A stretch of DNA of 59,859 nucleotides, the filler included. It is 4 parts of 4 records of this genome, joined end to end, with 100 filler letters (N's around TTAATTAATTAA, not from the genome) between each part and the next. Parts side by side here need not be neighbours in the genome. Positions count along the whole stretch, not along the records: positions 1 to 16,713 come from SRR31156797_759; 3 more parts are not named here. One strand, written 5' to 3'. This document shows positions 1-12,421 of the stretch, in pieces; positions within the stretch are counted from its first letter, which is position 1; the number at the start of each line of letters is the position of its first letter. The translations under genes and the position numbers were made by a program. The notes beneath the pieces were generated by a model. That model searched no databases, was not told the DNA's origin, and saw nothing but the letters and a program-made list of their open reading frames with translations.

Positions 1-652
1 CTATCTCCTGCCCGAATTTCCGGCCCTGGCTCTTTTCGCGGCGGCACTTTTGGATCACAACGGCGACACCGTAAAACGTCCCCGCCTCGATTTCGCCCTG
101 CCGGCTTCGATTTTTATCCTTTTTGGTTTGGCCCTGCTGGCAACGCCGATCGTTCCCTTCGACCTTCCCGAGCAGGCCGGCTGGCTGCAGCCGATGTGGG
201 GCTTGGTCCCGGTCGTAGCCGCCGCAATCATTCTGATACGGCCTCCCGCAGGCACCCTCAAATCGGCTTTGGCCGTATCGTTTCTCGCCATTTTATCGGT
301 CAGCGCCGGGCATCTGGCGATTCGTCCCGTGTTGTCTGAAACCTTCGATTTATCTTCCGCCGGACGGCGCTTAGGCGCGTGGCAGGAAGCCGGCCGACCG
401 CTGGCCAATTACGGGAAATATCACGGACAGTTCCATTTTCTCGGCCGGTTGACGCAGCCGATGGCCATCATCGGTGACGGCGAAGCAAAAAAATGGTTGG
501 CGGAAAATCCGAATGGAAAGATCGTCACCTACCGGACCCGATCTCCGGATACGAACGGTCCCGACTTGGCTCTACGTTTTCGCGGAAAATGGCTGGTCAT
601 ATGGGATGCCGCAAAGGCAAGTCCGAACCCGGACGTGCTGAAACGCGAATAA
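1..652 (+). CDS. ArnT/PMT-like (GT-C) membrane glycosyltransferase, C-terminal part; 5' end outside the window
   Basis: Frame is open from base 2 (YLLPEFPALAL, resembling the ArnT-family HYLLPxxPALALL motif), followed by TM helices and a soluble C-terminal domain (GKYHGQFHFLGRL). Confidence 0.65.
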   Translation, partial: YLLPEFPALALFAAALLDHNGDTVKRPRLDFALPASIFILFGLALLATPIVPFDLPEQAGWLQPMWGLVPVVAAAIILIRPPAGTLKSALAVSFLAILSVSAGHLAIRPVLSETFDLSSAGRRLGAWQEAGRPLANYGKYHGQFHFLGRLTQPMAIIGDGEAKKWLAENPNGKIVTYRTRSPDTNGPDLALRFRGKWLVIWDAAKASPNPDVLKRE

Positions 653-667
653 AAACCCGGCAAGGCT

Positions 668-697
668 CTTGACACAGGCTCCATAAAAAAATATCTC
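668..697 (+). promoter_or_regulatory. Putative groESL promoter
   Basis: (C)TTGACA at 669-674, then 17 nt, then TATCTC, directly upstream of CIRCE. Confidence 0.55.
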
Positions 698-698
698 G

Positions 699-725
699 TT
701 AGCACTCGTCGGGGGAGAGTGCTAA
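699..725 (+). promoter_or_regulatory. CIRCE element (HrcA operator)
   Basis: Perfect TTAGCACTC-N9-GAGTGCTAA upstream of groES. Confidence 0.97.
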
Positions 726-773
726 CAACCCTCGATATTTTCTGTTTTGTCAGTAAGTTGACGGAGAACGATC

Positions 774-1064
774 ATGAAATTCAGGCCTCTGCACGACCGT
801 GTACTTGTACGGCGAGTCGAGCAGGATGAGAAGACGGCGGGCGGAATCATCATTCCCGACACCGCCAAGGAAAAACCCATGGAAGGCGAGATTCTGTCCG
901 TTGGTACGGGCGCCCGCCAGGAAGACGGCACCGTGGTGCCGCTGGACGTCAAGGCCGGCGATCGCGTGCTGTTCGGAAAATGGTCCGGAACCGAGGTCAA
1001 GGTCGACGGTGAAGACCTGCTGATCATGAAGGAATCCGACCTTCTCGGCATAATCGAGAAGTAG
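774..1064 (+). CDS. groES: Co-chaperonin GroES
   Basis: [14 protein letters not shown]...[15 protein letters not shown], 96 aa. Confidence 0.99.
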   Translation: MKFRPLHDRVLVRRVEQDEKTAGGIIIPDTAKEKPMEGEILSVGTGARQEDGTVVPLDVKAGDRVLFGKWSGTEVKVDGEDLLIMKESDLLGIIEK

Positions 1065-1080
1065 TCTCGCTGAGACGTGA

Positions 1081-2775
<1,695 letters not shown>

Positions 2776-2801
2776 GCCAATTTCCACCATTCTTCGGAAT
2801 T

Positions 2802-2832
2802 GGGCCGCGCCAGGTTTGGCGCGGCCCTTTTT
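2802..2832 (+). terminator. Intrinsic terminator after groEL
   Basis: GGGCCGCGCCA-ggtt-TGGCGCGGCCC followed by TTTTT. Confidence 0.9.
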
Positions 2833-2850
2833 CGTTGCCGCCCTTGACAG

Positions 2851-4770
2851 ATGCGGCCAGCAAAAATAAACGGGCCTGCCACCGAAAATCACGGCGCTAC
2901 AACAGGGGGATCATTCGTGCCCGGCTACATCAACTATTTCTTCAGCAGCACCGGGCAGTTCCTCGCCATTGCCGCGACCGCCATCGTCTGGTTGGGGTTG
3001 ACCGCGATCGGCGATCTGGCGGCGGGAAAATACCGGTTCCGGGAAGGCGCATTCCTTTTCGGCTGGGCCGTCCTGGTTCTGGTATTCACGAACATTGGCG
3101 TTTTCGCAAAGATCCCGTTCTCCTGGCTGGCGATGGCATTTGCAGTCGCTGCGATCGGCGCCGCTTTCATGATCTGGCGTCGGGATGGCCAACTGATTCC
3201 AGCTTCATTTCTGCGTACCGTGGTGTTTGCCATCCCGCTTCTGGTGTTGATTTCGGGAATGGCGGCGTCGCAATGGGACGAGTTTTCCCACTGGCTTCCA
3301 AGCCTTCGTTTCCTTCTGGTCACGGACGGATTCCCCGATGCCGCCAACCCGCGGACGGGAGCCACTTTTCCGGCCTACCCCTATGCCTGGCCGATGATCG
3401 GTTACCTGGTCAGCCGCGTGGCCGGTCAGTTGACGGAAAATGCGGCGCCGATGATCAATGTTTTGCTGCTGTTGAGTTTCGGACTGCTGACGCTGCGCCT
3501 TATCGATCATGCCGGCGGCCAAAATCGATGGCGCCAGGAATCGTTTCCCGCCGGATGGTTTTTGTGTGCGCTCGGCACCGTCGCGGCAACCGTGATCAAT
3601 CCGACCTTCGTTCAGAAGGTCATCCTTACCAACTATGCCGATACACCCAGCGCCGTTGCCCTGGGATTCGCCGCCGTTATCTCGTGGTTCATGCTGGAAG
3701 CGGAAGCCGACGGACGCCACAAGGATGCATTGAGCCATGCCTGGCAAACCGGATTGGCCCTTGTTCTGGTGGTCAGCCTGAAACAATCGACGCTGATCCT
3801 ATTTCTGGCCTTGGCCGGAACCATCCTGCTGATCGGCCTTCGCGATCCGGCGATCGGATGGAAAAACCTGGCGAAGCTGTTCACACTTGTCGTCGTGCCG
3901 CCCCTCATCGCCTACGCGGTTTGGCGCTACCATGTGGCGACCGAACTTCCGGGACGCGAATTTTCGATCCGGCCGGTTTCCGCCTGGGCCATTGACCTTC
4001 TGCCCACAATCCTCGGATCGATGGCCACGGTTGCGCTGAAAAAATCCCTTTATTTCGGGATCATGCTGATCGCCACCGCCTTCGCCGTGCGCGGTTTCGT
4101 CCGACTGAAAACCCCGTTCGACCGATTGGCGGTCATCGTCGGCGCCGTATTCGCCGGCTACAATTTTTTCCTTCTGTTCGCCTATGTTACCGCATTTACA
4201 GACGGTGAAGCGTCCCGTGCCGCATCCTATTGGCGGTACAACATGCATCTGGGGGCGCTTTGCATTGCCTTTGCTGCTTACGGATTGACGCTTCTTTGGC
4301 ATCGGCACGCGGCGCCAAGAATCGAAGTGCGCCGCCTGGCCTGGCTTCCGGTCGCGCTGATCCTCGCCGCACCTTTTATTTTCGCCTACAAGCTGCGGTT
4401 CGACCTGCATCCGCCGGTTCCCTTTTTCCGAACCGTCGGTGCCGATGTCGCCGGCCTGTTGCCCGACGGCGCGAGACTGATCGTGATCGATCCGACGGGG
4501 TCGGGGGAATCGGGTGTCATCACGCGATACGAAGGCGGCGGACGAATTGCCGTGCCCGTATTCATGAGCGCATTTTCGCACCCAACCGCCGAAAACATCC
4601 GCCGTACAACTACGTCGTCAAAGGCGGATTTCGCCCTGGTCCACTCGGTGACGCCGGCAGTCGAAGAAGTCTTCGATGGCACCCTGGCGCAAGGCTGGAC
4701 TCATCTGATGCAAAGCCGCGACGACGGTGGATGGCAAATCCTTCGATCCTGGGAACGCCCAAAAAAATAG
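2851..4770 (+). CDS. Polytopic membrane protein, possibly a GT-C-fold glycosyltransferase; start may be downstream
   Basis: Many hydrophobic segments, a loop motif SQWDEFSHW after the early TMs, NYAD, and a soluble C-terminal domain. The family assignment is inference. Confidence 0.55.
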   Translation: MRPAKINGPATENHGATTGGSFVPGYINYFFSSTGQFLAIAATAIVWLGLTAIGDLAAGKYRFREGAFLFGWAVLVLVFTNIGVFAKIPFSWLAMAFAVAAIGAAFMIWRRDGQLIPASFLRTVVFAIPLLVLISGMAASQWDEFSHWLPSLRFLLVTDGFPDAANPRTGATFPAYPYAWPMIGYLVSRVAGQLTENAAPMINVLLLLSFGLLTLRLIDHAGGQNRWRQESFPAGWFLCALGTVAATVINPTFVQKVILTNYADTPSAVALGFAAVISWFMLEAEADGRHKDALSHAWQTGLALVLVVSLKQSTLILFLALAGTILLIGLRDPAIGWKNLAKLFTLVVVPPLIAYAVWRYHVATELPGREFSIRPVSAWAIDLLPTILGSMATVALKKSLYFGIMLIATAFAVRGFVRLKTPFDRLAVIVGAVFAGYNFFLLFAYVTAFTDGEASRAASYWRYNMHLGALCIAFAAYGLTLLWHRHAAPRIEVRRLAWLPVALILAAPFIFAYKLRFDLHPPVPFFRTVGADVAGLLPDGARLIVIDPTGSGESGVITRYEGGGRIAVPVFMSAFSHPTAENIRRTTTSSKADFALVHSVTPAVEEVFDGTLAQGWTHLMQSRDDGGWQILRSWERPKK

Positions 4771-4852
4771 GTTTCAGCCGAAGCTCGGCAACCACGGCAT
4801 GATCCGGCCGATTGCCGACGGTCTTTCCGGCATGAGATATTTGTTCCGTCGT

Positions 4853-5275
4853 CTAGTTGTTGTCCGGTCGGAAGACGGCAAAACGGGCCTGTGCGCCGCG
4901 TTCGATTCCGGCTGCGATCAGCCTGTCGATTTCAAGCTGGTGCCGCGCCATTTCCAGGAAACGCAGTTCCTCCTGGTGGGCATTGCCATCGGCGGCAACC
5001 ACATCGCAAGCCAACGCATAGGCCGTTTCCCGCAGCTTCCGGGGAAGGGATTCGCGGACAATATCGAATGCCCGCTCAAGTCCTTCTTCGTCTTCCAGAA
5101 ATCCCGCGCAGTCGGCCGCCACCTCGGGCAGGGTGGCCGTTGAATCGTAGCCCTGAAAGACCGGAAGATTCGCCGTGATATGCCCGATTCTGCGAAGTTC
5201 GGCGTCCGTCATATCGGTGTCAGAGGCCGAAGCAAGAACCATTACATAGATCAAAGCCGTTCGATGATCGACCAT
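4853..5275 (-). CDS. TerB-family (tellurite resistance-like) protein
   Basis: LIYVMVLASASDTDMTDAEL and ETAYALACDVVAADG...EELRFLE motifs; 140 aa. Confidence 0.85.
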   Translation of the reverse strand: MVDHRTALIYVMVLASASDTDMTDAELRRIGHITANLPVFQGYDSTATLPEVAADCAGFLEDEEGLERAFDIVRESLPRKLRETAYALACDVVAADGNAHQEELRFLEMARHQLEIDRLIAAGIERGAQARFAVFRPDNN

Positions 5276-5595
5276 CCCAATCGCACCCGCCGCATGGGGC
5301 GGGGCCCTCCCGATTTCGGTTTCGATAAAACTCTACCCTGACCGCAACGGGGGACGTCAAGGCCGTATCGCCACCTTGTGCAAATGCCGTAATGCGGCCA
5401 ATACGGCTGTTTCCATTGAAAATTGCAGTGTTTCGGCCTATTTTCCGCAAATTGCCGTGGCGCCTATCGAGGGACTGGGCATTGGTGGCCGCTCGTTTGT
5501 GGGGTTGGAGCGGACTATCGGAAGAAGAAGCGCACGGCTGATGACTAATTCGATTTGCACACTGCGGATCGCCTTATGACTTCCGGCGCGCCTTT

Positions 5596-7401
5596 GTGGC
5601 GCGACAGACGGGAGCTTCGGCAGACCACAGAATGCATCGGAGCGGGGAGACTGGGCTGGTGGCTCGCGACAAGACCACAGACTCGGGACTGGACTATTTC
5701 AGCAACGCCGACGCGGCACGTGCCATCGTCGAGACATCTCTGGACTCGATCCTTGCCTTCGGCGAGGACGGCCGCATAACGGCGGTCAATCCGGCGACCA
5801 TTTCCATTTTCGGGTTTAGCTCCGACGACATTCTCGGCCAACCCATCGAGAGCTTCATCATCGGCCAGGGTCAGTCCGATACCGAGGCCGAAACCGGCGT
5901 GCTCTGGGACAAACTTGCGGCACAACCAGGGTTTCACGAATGCATGGGCCGGCATCGATCCGGCGATGCATTGGATCTGGAATTGGGTATCAGCGAGGCC
6001 CGCATCGACGGCAATCGCATTTTCATTGTGTTCGCGCGCGATATTTCGGCCCGCAAGCGCAAGGATGCGGAAACGCGCTATCACGCCCATTTCGACAGTC
6101 TGACCGGTCTTCCAAACCGGGTATTGTTTGAAGAACGCGTCGGCCAGGCCATCAATCAAGCCAGGCGCACGGACAACTGCCTTGCCCTGATGATGTTGGA
6201 TCTCGACCGTTTCAAGGCCGTCAACGATTCTTTCGGCCATCAACTCGGAGACAAGCTACTGGCGGAGGTCGCCAGCCGATTGCGAACCTGCGTTCGCGAA
6301 ACGGATACCGTGACCAGACTGGGCGGCGATGAATTCGCTGTTTTGATAACCAATCTGATCGATGCCAACGGCGCCGCCACGGTTGCCGAATCCATCGTTG
6401 GCTCGATCAACCAACCCTTCGATCTCGATGGCGAACGCCTTTTGATCAGTGCCAGCGTTGGCATCACAAATTTTCCCGACGACGGTGCCGACGTCGAGGT
6501 GCTGATCCGCAATGCCGACCGCGCGTTGTACCGGGCCAAAGCCAAGGGCCGAAACACCTATCAATTCTATGTCCCGGAAATGGACGCTATCGTTCAGGCG
6601 CAAAAAACGCTGGAACGGGATCTTAGGGAAGCTCTGGATAGCGGCAAGCTGTCATTGGAGTACCAGCCGGTAACGGCGGACAGTGGCGAGATCACCGGCG
6701 TCGAGGCACTGTTGCGATGGAAAGACAAGGACCGGGGCCAGTTGACCGCCCATGAATTCATTCCGGCGGTTGAACGAACCGATCTGATCCTGCAGCTTGG
6801 AAAGTGGGTCATGCGCGAAGCCTGCGGGCAGGCCAGGGCCTGGCAGGAAGCGGGTCTGCCCAGCCTGCGGCTCTCCATCAATCTGTCGCCGGCCGAATTG
6901 CATCACCGCGATCTGGTCGCCGAAGTCGAAGCCATTTTGGCGGAAACCGGACTCGACCCCCGGATCCTTCAGTTGGAATTTTCCGAGGAAGCCTTTCTCA
7001 TCGCCGTTCATAAAAATCCGGGCGCACTGGGTCATCTGCGTCAGATGGGGGTTGGCATTTCCCTCGATAATTTCGGCAGCGGCATCTCATCCATCGAAAT
7101 CCTCAAACGCCATCCGGTCGACCGTTTCAAGATCGATCGGTCGTTTCTTGAAAAACTGGATGGCAGCGAAAGCGGTGAGGCCCTGTTGGGGCCACTGGTT
7201 GAACTGGCCAGGGGATTGGGTGCCGGCGTTATTGTCGAATGCGTCGAAACACGGAAGCAACTTGAAGAAGTCCTGGCACGCGGCGTCGAAGAGATGCAGG
7301 GTCATTTCATCAGCAGGCCGGTTGGCGCCGACCGTGTTGCCGAGATGATGCGTTCTGGAAAACCGTTGCATAGCGGCGGCAACGGTTCGGGGAAAGCATA
7401 A
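5596..7401 (+). CDS. PAS-GGDEF-EAL c-di-GMP signalling protein; start uncertain
   Basis: PAS (VNPATISIFG...ARDIS), DSLTGLPNR, RLGGDEF, VEALLRW, QGHFISRP. Confidence 0.93.
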   Translation: MARQTGASADHRMHRSGETGLVARDKTTDSGLDYFSNADAARAIVETSLDSILAFGEDGRITAVNPATISIFGFSSDDILGQPIESFIIGQGQSDTEAETGVLWDKLAAQPGFHECMGRHRSGDALDLELGISEARIDGNRIFIVFARDISARKRKDAETRYHAHFDSLTGLPNRVLFEERVGQAINQARRTDNCLALMMLDLDRFKAVNDSFGHQLGDKLLAEVASRLRTCVRETDTVTRLGGDEFAVLITNLIDANGAATVAESIVGSINQPFDLDGERLLISASVGITNFPDDGADVEVLIRNADRALYRAKAKGRNTYQFYVPEMDAIVQAQKTLERDLREALDSGKLSLEYQPVTADSGEITGVEALLRWKDKDRGQLTAHEFIPAVERTDLILQLGKWVMREACGQARAWQEAGLPSLRLSINLSPAELHHRDLVAEVEAILAETGLDPRILQLEFSEEAFLIAVHKNPGALGHLRQMGVGISLDNFGSGISSIEILKRHPVDRFKIDRSFLEKLDGSESGEALLGPLVELARGLGAGVIVECVETRKQLEEVLARGVEEMQGHFISRPVGADRVAEMMRSGKPLHSGGNGSGKA

Positions 7402-7416
7402 AGCCCTAGCAACCTG

Positions 7417-10167
7417 TTAGGTTCCGTTCTCGGCGCGCAGGAAGTCCCGAACCAAACCGACCGCTTCCGATAATCCGATGCGTTCGATCTCAACCCCGTC
7501 CGGAAAGGCGCTGGCAAAGCGCGACGGCATGGCCCGGTCAAGCATCACGAACACACCGCGATCCGTTGCCCGCCGGATCAGGCGGCCATAGGCCTGTTTA
7601 AGGCGCAAACGGGTCAGCATGCCGTCGTAATCTCTCCCCTCGAACGCCTGCTTGCGCGCCCGGTGAAGAATGGTCGGGCGCGGCCAGGGCACCCGGTCGA
7701 AGACGATCAGGCGCAAGGACGAGCCCGGCACATCGACCCCGTCCCGAACGGCATCGGTGCCGAGAAGACAGGTCTTTTCCTCGGCCCGGAAAATGTCAAT
7801 CAGCGTTCCCGTATCCATGCGGTCGATATGCTGCGACAAAAGCGGGATGCCCGATTCGTCAAGCGGCTCGACGATGCGCCCGTAAACGTCGCGAAGCCGG
7901 GTAATCGCTGTGAACAGGCCCAAACCGCCGCCGCCGGCCGCCAGGAACAGTTCGCGGTAGGCCGCCGCCACCTGTGCCGGATCGTTTCGTTCGACATCGG
8001 AAACGACGACAACCCGCGTTTGCGCCGGATAGTCGAACGGCGAAGCGATGGTGGCCCGTTCCGTGCGCGCCTTGATACTGGAAACCCCCGCCCGGATTTC
8101 GGCCGTGCTCCATCCGTCGGCAGACCCGTCGGCGGCATCGCGCAAGGACGCCGATGTGACCAAAAGGCCATGCGCCGGTTCGGCGACAATTTCCGCGAAC
8201 TGCCGCATCGGATCGACCCAATGCCGGTGCATGCCGACATCGATTTCTCGGCCGTCGCTGCGCTCAAGCGCGAACCAATCGACGAACTCGGGTGCCGGTT
8301 CCTGATCGAGCACGGCGATCATGCCGCGCCACGCCTCCAGCGCCCCGACACCCCGCCGTTCGAGGCTTCGGCAAACCGATTCGATGCGGCCACGCGATGC
8401 CGTATCCAATTCTTCCGAGTCTTCGTCGAGCAACTTCGCCAGCCTGCCGATCAACGCTTTCATCGGGGCCACCAACCGGGCCAGGGCAACGTCCAGATCG
8501 TGAGCGGCCTCGATCAGACCCGGGACCGGCGGCAATGGATGGGCCTCGAGCCCATAGTTGGAACCGCCGCCCGGATCGCGGGCCAATACCTGTTGCCGAA
8601 CATATCCCAGAAACGCCTCCAGCGGCCCTTGGGGGGCTCCGCCGGCCAGACGCTGACGCCAGCCGCCGCCGGGCAGAATCCGGGCGCCGGCAAGAACGGC
8701 GTCTAGGGCTTCGCCGGCATCGCGGTCATCGGCAATCAGGTCCTCGACCCGGGCTTTGAGGCCGCGGCTGCGCGACCGGCCGCGCGCTTCGGCACCCAAC
8801 AGCCATCGCCTCAGGTCGCTCGCCTCCCAGCCGGTCAGATGGGCCGAAAAGGTGGCGTCGGCGGCATCGAAAAGATGGTGCCCTTCGTCGAACACATAGC
8901 GGGTCGGCAGGCCGCTATCGTCACCGCCGCCGAACGCCGCCTGCAACAGAACCAGGGCATGGTTGGCAACGACGATCTCGGCCCGGCGGGCCCGCCGGAT
9001 GGACTGCTCGACGAAACATTTGCGAAAATGGGCGCAGGCCGAATAGATGCATTCGCCGCGGGTGTCGGTCAGGTCCGTCGTCAGACGGGCGCCGACCAGT
9101 TCGGCCAGCCAGGCCGGAAAATCGCCGCCGACCATGTCGCCGTCCCGGGTCGCCAGCGCCCACCTGGCCATCAGACCAAGCGGCACAACTTCGGGTCCGC
9201 CACGAACGGGGATCCTGGTCACGGCTTCGTCGAAATTCAGAAGGCAAAAATAATTCTCGCGGCCCTTGCGGATGACCACCTTTCGCGCCTTTTCCTCGGC
9301 ATCCGGGAAAAGACGGTCCAATTCGGCATCCAACTGGCGTTGCAGATTGCGGGTAAATGTGCTGACCCAGACGGACGCACCGTTTTTCTCGGCCCATACG
9401 CTGGCCGGCGCCAGATACCCCAAGGTCTTGCCGACCCCGGTGCCGGCCTCGGCGAGAACGAAATGCGGCTCGCCGGCCTTGTCCCTGGGACGGAACGCCG
9501 CCGACACGGCGGAAGCATATTCGGTTTGCTGCGGCCGGTCCTCTGCGCCAGTTCCCAACAGGCGAACCAGCCGGCCGCGCGCCTCGACCGGTTCGACCGG
9601 CCAATCGCCGGCCGGTGCGTCGGGCGGCCGGTCGATCCATTCGCGCATCCGCAACCAGACCCTAAGTCCCCCGGCCAGCGTCCGGGAATGGGGAGCCTCG
9701 GCGGCACCCAGTGCCGCCAGGACGGCACCGCCCCAGGGCCAGCCGCCGCGGGCCATGGCCCAGGCCACCTGTGCCGCCTCGGCGCCGGCTTTGGGAAGTA
9801 AGGAAAGCAATCTGCTGGTCGCGCTCAGAAGCGATTCGGCTTGCTGTTCGATGGTTACGGGGATCGGCAGATCGAGGGCCTCGGCAATGCCGCGCGGTGT
9901 CGGCAGGCAGAACCGCGCCGGAAACACGAAGGCGAATAGTTCCAGCACGTCGTGGGCGACAAGACTGCCCGATCTGATCCGCTTGGCCGTCGCCGGTGCG
10001 TGGCAAACGATGGGTGGCGGCGAATCGGACAGCCTTTTGGCGGTTTCGGCCAGCGACAGCGTCTCGATCTCGCCGTCGGAGGAGATCATGACCGCCGTCC
10101 GCAGCCCGGCAACGACGGCCGGCGCTTCGGGGATACGCAGTCGGGCAGAGTCTAATTCAGCGGACAT
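7417..10167 (-). CDS. DinG-family ATP-dependent DNA helicase
   Basis: EAGTGVGKT (Walker A), DEGHH, RKGRENYFC, Cys cluster ECIYSAC...RKC, KQAYGRLIR. ATG at 10167 preferred over the ORF-track start at 10218. Confidence 0.92.
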   Translation of the reverse strand: MSAELDSARLRIPEAPAVVAGLRTAVMISSDGEIETLSLAETAKRLSDSPPPIVCHAPATAKRIRSGSLVAHDVLELFAFVFPARFCLPTPRGIAEALDLPIPVTIEQQAESLLSATSRLLSLLPKAGAEAAQVAWAMARGGWPWGGAVLAALGAAEAPHSRTLAGGLRVWLRMREWIDRPPDAPAGDWPVEPVEARGRLVRLLGTGAEDRPQQTEYASAVSAAFRPRDKAGEPHFVLAEAGTGVGKTLGYLAPASVWAEKNGASVWVSTFTRNLQRQLDAELDRLFPDAEEKARKVVIRKGRENYFCLLNFDEAVTRIPVRGGPEVVPLGLMARWALATRDGDMVGGDFPAWLAELVGARLTTDLTDTRGECIYSACAHFRKCFVEQSIRRARRAEIVVANHALVLLQAAFGGGDDSGLPTRYVFDEGHHLFDAADATFSAHLTGWEASDLRRWLLGAEARGRSRSRGLKARVEDLIADDRDAGEALDAVLAGARILPGGGWRQRLAGGAPQGPLEAFLGYVRQQVLARDPGGGSNYGLEAHPLPPVPGLIEAAHDLDVALARLVAPMKALIGRLAKLLDEDSEELDTASRGRIESVCRSLERRGVGALEAWRGMIAVLDQEPAPEFVDWFALERSDGREIDVGMHRHWVDPMRQFAEIVAEPAHGLLVTSASLRDAADGSADGWSTAEIRAGVSSIKARTERATIASPFDYPAQTRVVVVSDVERNDPAQVAAAYRELFLAAGGGGLGLFTAITRLRDVYGRIVEPLDESGIPLLSQHIDRMDTGTLIDIFRAEEKTCLLGTDAVRDGVDVPGSSLRLIVFDRVPWPRPTILHRARKQAFEGRDYDGMLTRLRLKQAYGRLIRRATDRGVFVMLDRAMPSRFASAFPDGVEIERIGLSEAVGLVRDFLRAENGT

Positions 10168-10233
10168 GCCGGGCAGTATAGAGGCGTGATTCCGCCGGTA
10201 CCATGCAACGGATCGCAAAATGCGCCGAAACGA

Positions 10234-10590
10234 TCAAATGAGCCCCAGTTCGCTTTGCTTTTTTTTCGACAAACCGCGCGAAACGATATGGTGGGATTGC
10301 CGCAGGTAATCCTTCAGTTCCTCGTTAGAAAGCCCCGGTTGCGCGAAATGCTGGATCCACGTCATGCCGCGTGACGCAAGATACGGCGCCGGACGCAGTC
10401 CCGGCTGGTCCTTGAGAATTTCATAGGAGAGCTCGGTCACCTTGAACGTGTACGCCTCTTCCCCATCGGCCCAGCCGCCGATGGCGAAGACCTTGCCGCC
10501 CACTTTCCAAACATGCGAGCTACCCCATTGAATCACATAGGAGGTGGCGGGAAGCGCCCGGCAGAATGCATTGAAGTCGTCATAGGTCAA
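10234..10590 (-). CDS. MmcQ/YjbR-family DNA-binding protein
   Basis: HVWKVGGKVFA, RPAPYLA, LRQSHHIV motifs; 118 aa. Confidence 0.9.
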   Translation of the reverse strand: MTYDDFNAFCRALPATSYVIQWGSSHVWKVGGKVFAIGGWADGEEAYTFKVTELSYEILKDQPGLRPAPYLASRGMTWIQHFAQPGLSNEELKDYLRQSHHIVSRGLSKKKQSELGLI

Positions 10591-10831
10591 TTGTCCATGC
10601 TCCCTCTATCACGCATCTCATAACTGGCAATTCATATCGTACGGCGCAATCGTTGCCAAAAGCAGGGGGGCGAGCCAGCAATCGCTTGGCTCCCCGAATC
10701 GAATGACCAACACCCGGATGTTATAAACCGCACGTTGACATTGCACTTTCGAAAGCTCTACTAAATCGATTAGGAAAAATGGAAAAACCCTATGTGAATC
10801 TTTGGGTTGTTCCCTTGGAGGGAGAGACACA

Positions 10832-12388
10832 ATGAAACATCGTTTCCTGTTTACGATTGCGGCGATCGCCGCGGCCGGCATGATCGCCGGAACGGCCGGG
10901 GCCAAGACGCTTCGCATGGCCTACGACGCCGACCCGGTTTCGCTCGACCCGCACGAACAACTTTCGGGCGGTACGTTGCAGCTTTCGCACATGATCTTCG
11001 ACCCGCTGGTCCGCTGGAACCGGGATCATGGGATCGACGCCCGCTTGGCGAAAAGCTGGAAACGCATCGACCCACTGACCGTTCGCTTCGAGTTGCAGAA
11101 TGGCGTCAAATTCCACAGCGGCAATGAGCTGACCTCCGCCGACGTGAAATGGACCTTTGATCGCCTCAAAGTCAGCGCCGATTTCAAGGGTCTGTTCACA
11201 ATCTTCAAGGAATTGAAGGTCGTGGATGCCGATACCTTTGATCTGGTGACGACGGAGCCGTTCCCGTTGGTCCTCAACCTGGCGACCTACATCTTCCCGA
11301 TGGATTCCAAGTTCTATACGGGCACCGACGCCAACGGACAGGACAAGGGCGCCATCGTCAAGCACGGCAACACGTTTGCGTCGACCAACGTGTCGGGCAC
11401 CGGCCCCTATATCGTGACCTCGCGCGAACAGGGCGTGCGGGTGGAATTCGAACGCTTCGCCGGCTATTGGGACAAGAGCTCGCCCGGTAACGCCGACAAG
11501 GTTATCCTGACCCCGATCAAGGAAGGCCCGACCCGCGTCGCCGCCCTGCTGTCGGGCGATGTCGACTTCATCGCACCGGTACCGCCGACCGATCTCGAAC
11601 GCATCAAGAACGATCCGAAGGTCGACCTCATCACCATGTCCGGCACCCGGATCATCACTTTCCAGATGAACCAGGAACGAGTCGAAGCCTTCAAAAACCC
11701 GAAGGTTCGTCTGGCCATCGTCCATGCCATCAACAACGAAGGCATCGTCCAGAAGATCATGAAGGGTTTCGGCACCCCGGCGGCACAGAACAGCCCCAAG
11801 GGCTATCTTGGTCACAACCCGGCCTTGACGCCTCGCTACGATCTGGCCAAGGCCAAGCAACTGATGAAGGAAGCCGGTTACGAAAACGGTTTCTCGATCA
11901 CCATGATGGCGCCCAACAACCGCTACGTTAACGATTTCAAGATCGCCGAAGCGGTGGCATCCATGCTGTCGAAGATCAACATCAAGGTCGACCTGACGAC
12001 CATGCCGAAGGCCCAGTACTGGCCCAAGTTCGACGAACGGGCCGCCGATATGATGATGATCGGCTGGCATTCGGATACCGAGGATTCGACCAACTTCTCG
12101 GAATTCCTGATGATGACCTACGATAAGGACACCGGCAAAGGCCAGTATAACAGCGGCAACTATTCCAACGCCGAACTGGACAAGCTGACCCTGCAAAGCC
12201 AGGGCATGACCGACGAAGCCGCGCGCATCAAAGTGCTGCAGAAGATCGAACAGATCGCTTACGACGATGCCGCCTTCGTGCCGCTGCACTGGCAGGACTT
12301 GGCCTGGGCCGCAAAGAAGGGCGTCGGCGCCGAAGCCATTCTCAACGTTATGAACTTCCCCTACATCGGGGATCTGGTGATCGAATAG
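10832..12388 (+). CDS. Peptide/nickel ABC transporter substrate-binding protein (family 5)
   Basis: Signal peptide, SLDPH, GVKFHSG, GTGPY. GGAGGGAG RBS precedes ATG 10832. Confidence 0.93.
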   Translation: MKHRFLFTIAAIAAAGMIAGTAGAKTLRMAYDADPVSLDPHEQLSGGTLQLSHMIFDPLVRWNRDHGIDARLAKSWKRIDPLTVRFELQNGVKFHSGNELTSADVKWTFDRLKVSADFKGLFTIFKELKVVDADTFDLVTTEPFPLVLNLATYIFPMDSKFYTGTDANGQDKGAIVKHGNTFASTNVSGTGPYIVTSREQGVRVEFERFAGYWDKSSPGNADKVILTPIKEGPTRVAALLSGDVDFIAPVPPTDLERIKNDPKVDLITMSGTRIITFQMNQERVEAFKNPKVRLAIVHAINNEGIVQKIMKGFGTPAAQNSPKGYLGHNPALTPRYDLAKAKQLMKEAGYENGFSITMMAPNNRYVNDFKIAEAVASMLSKINIKVDLTTMPKAQYWPKFDERAADMMMIGWHSDTEDSTNFSEFLMMTYDKDTGKGQYNSGNYSNAELDKLTLQSQGMTDEAARIKVLQKIEQIAYDDAAFVPLHWQDLAWAAKKGVGAEAILNVMNFPYIGDLVIE

Positions 12389-12421
12389 GCGGTCGCGTGA
12401 GATAGAACGCGTTTTGTGATG

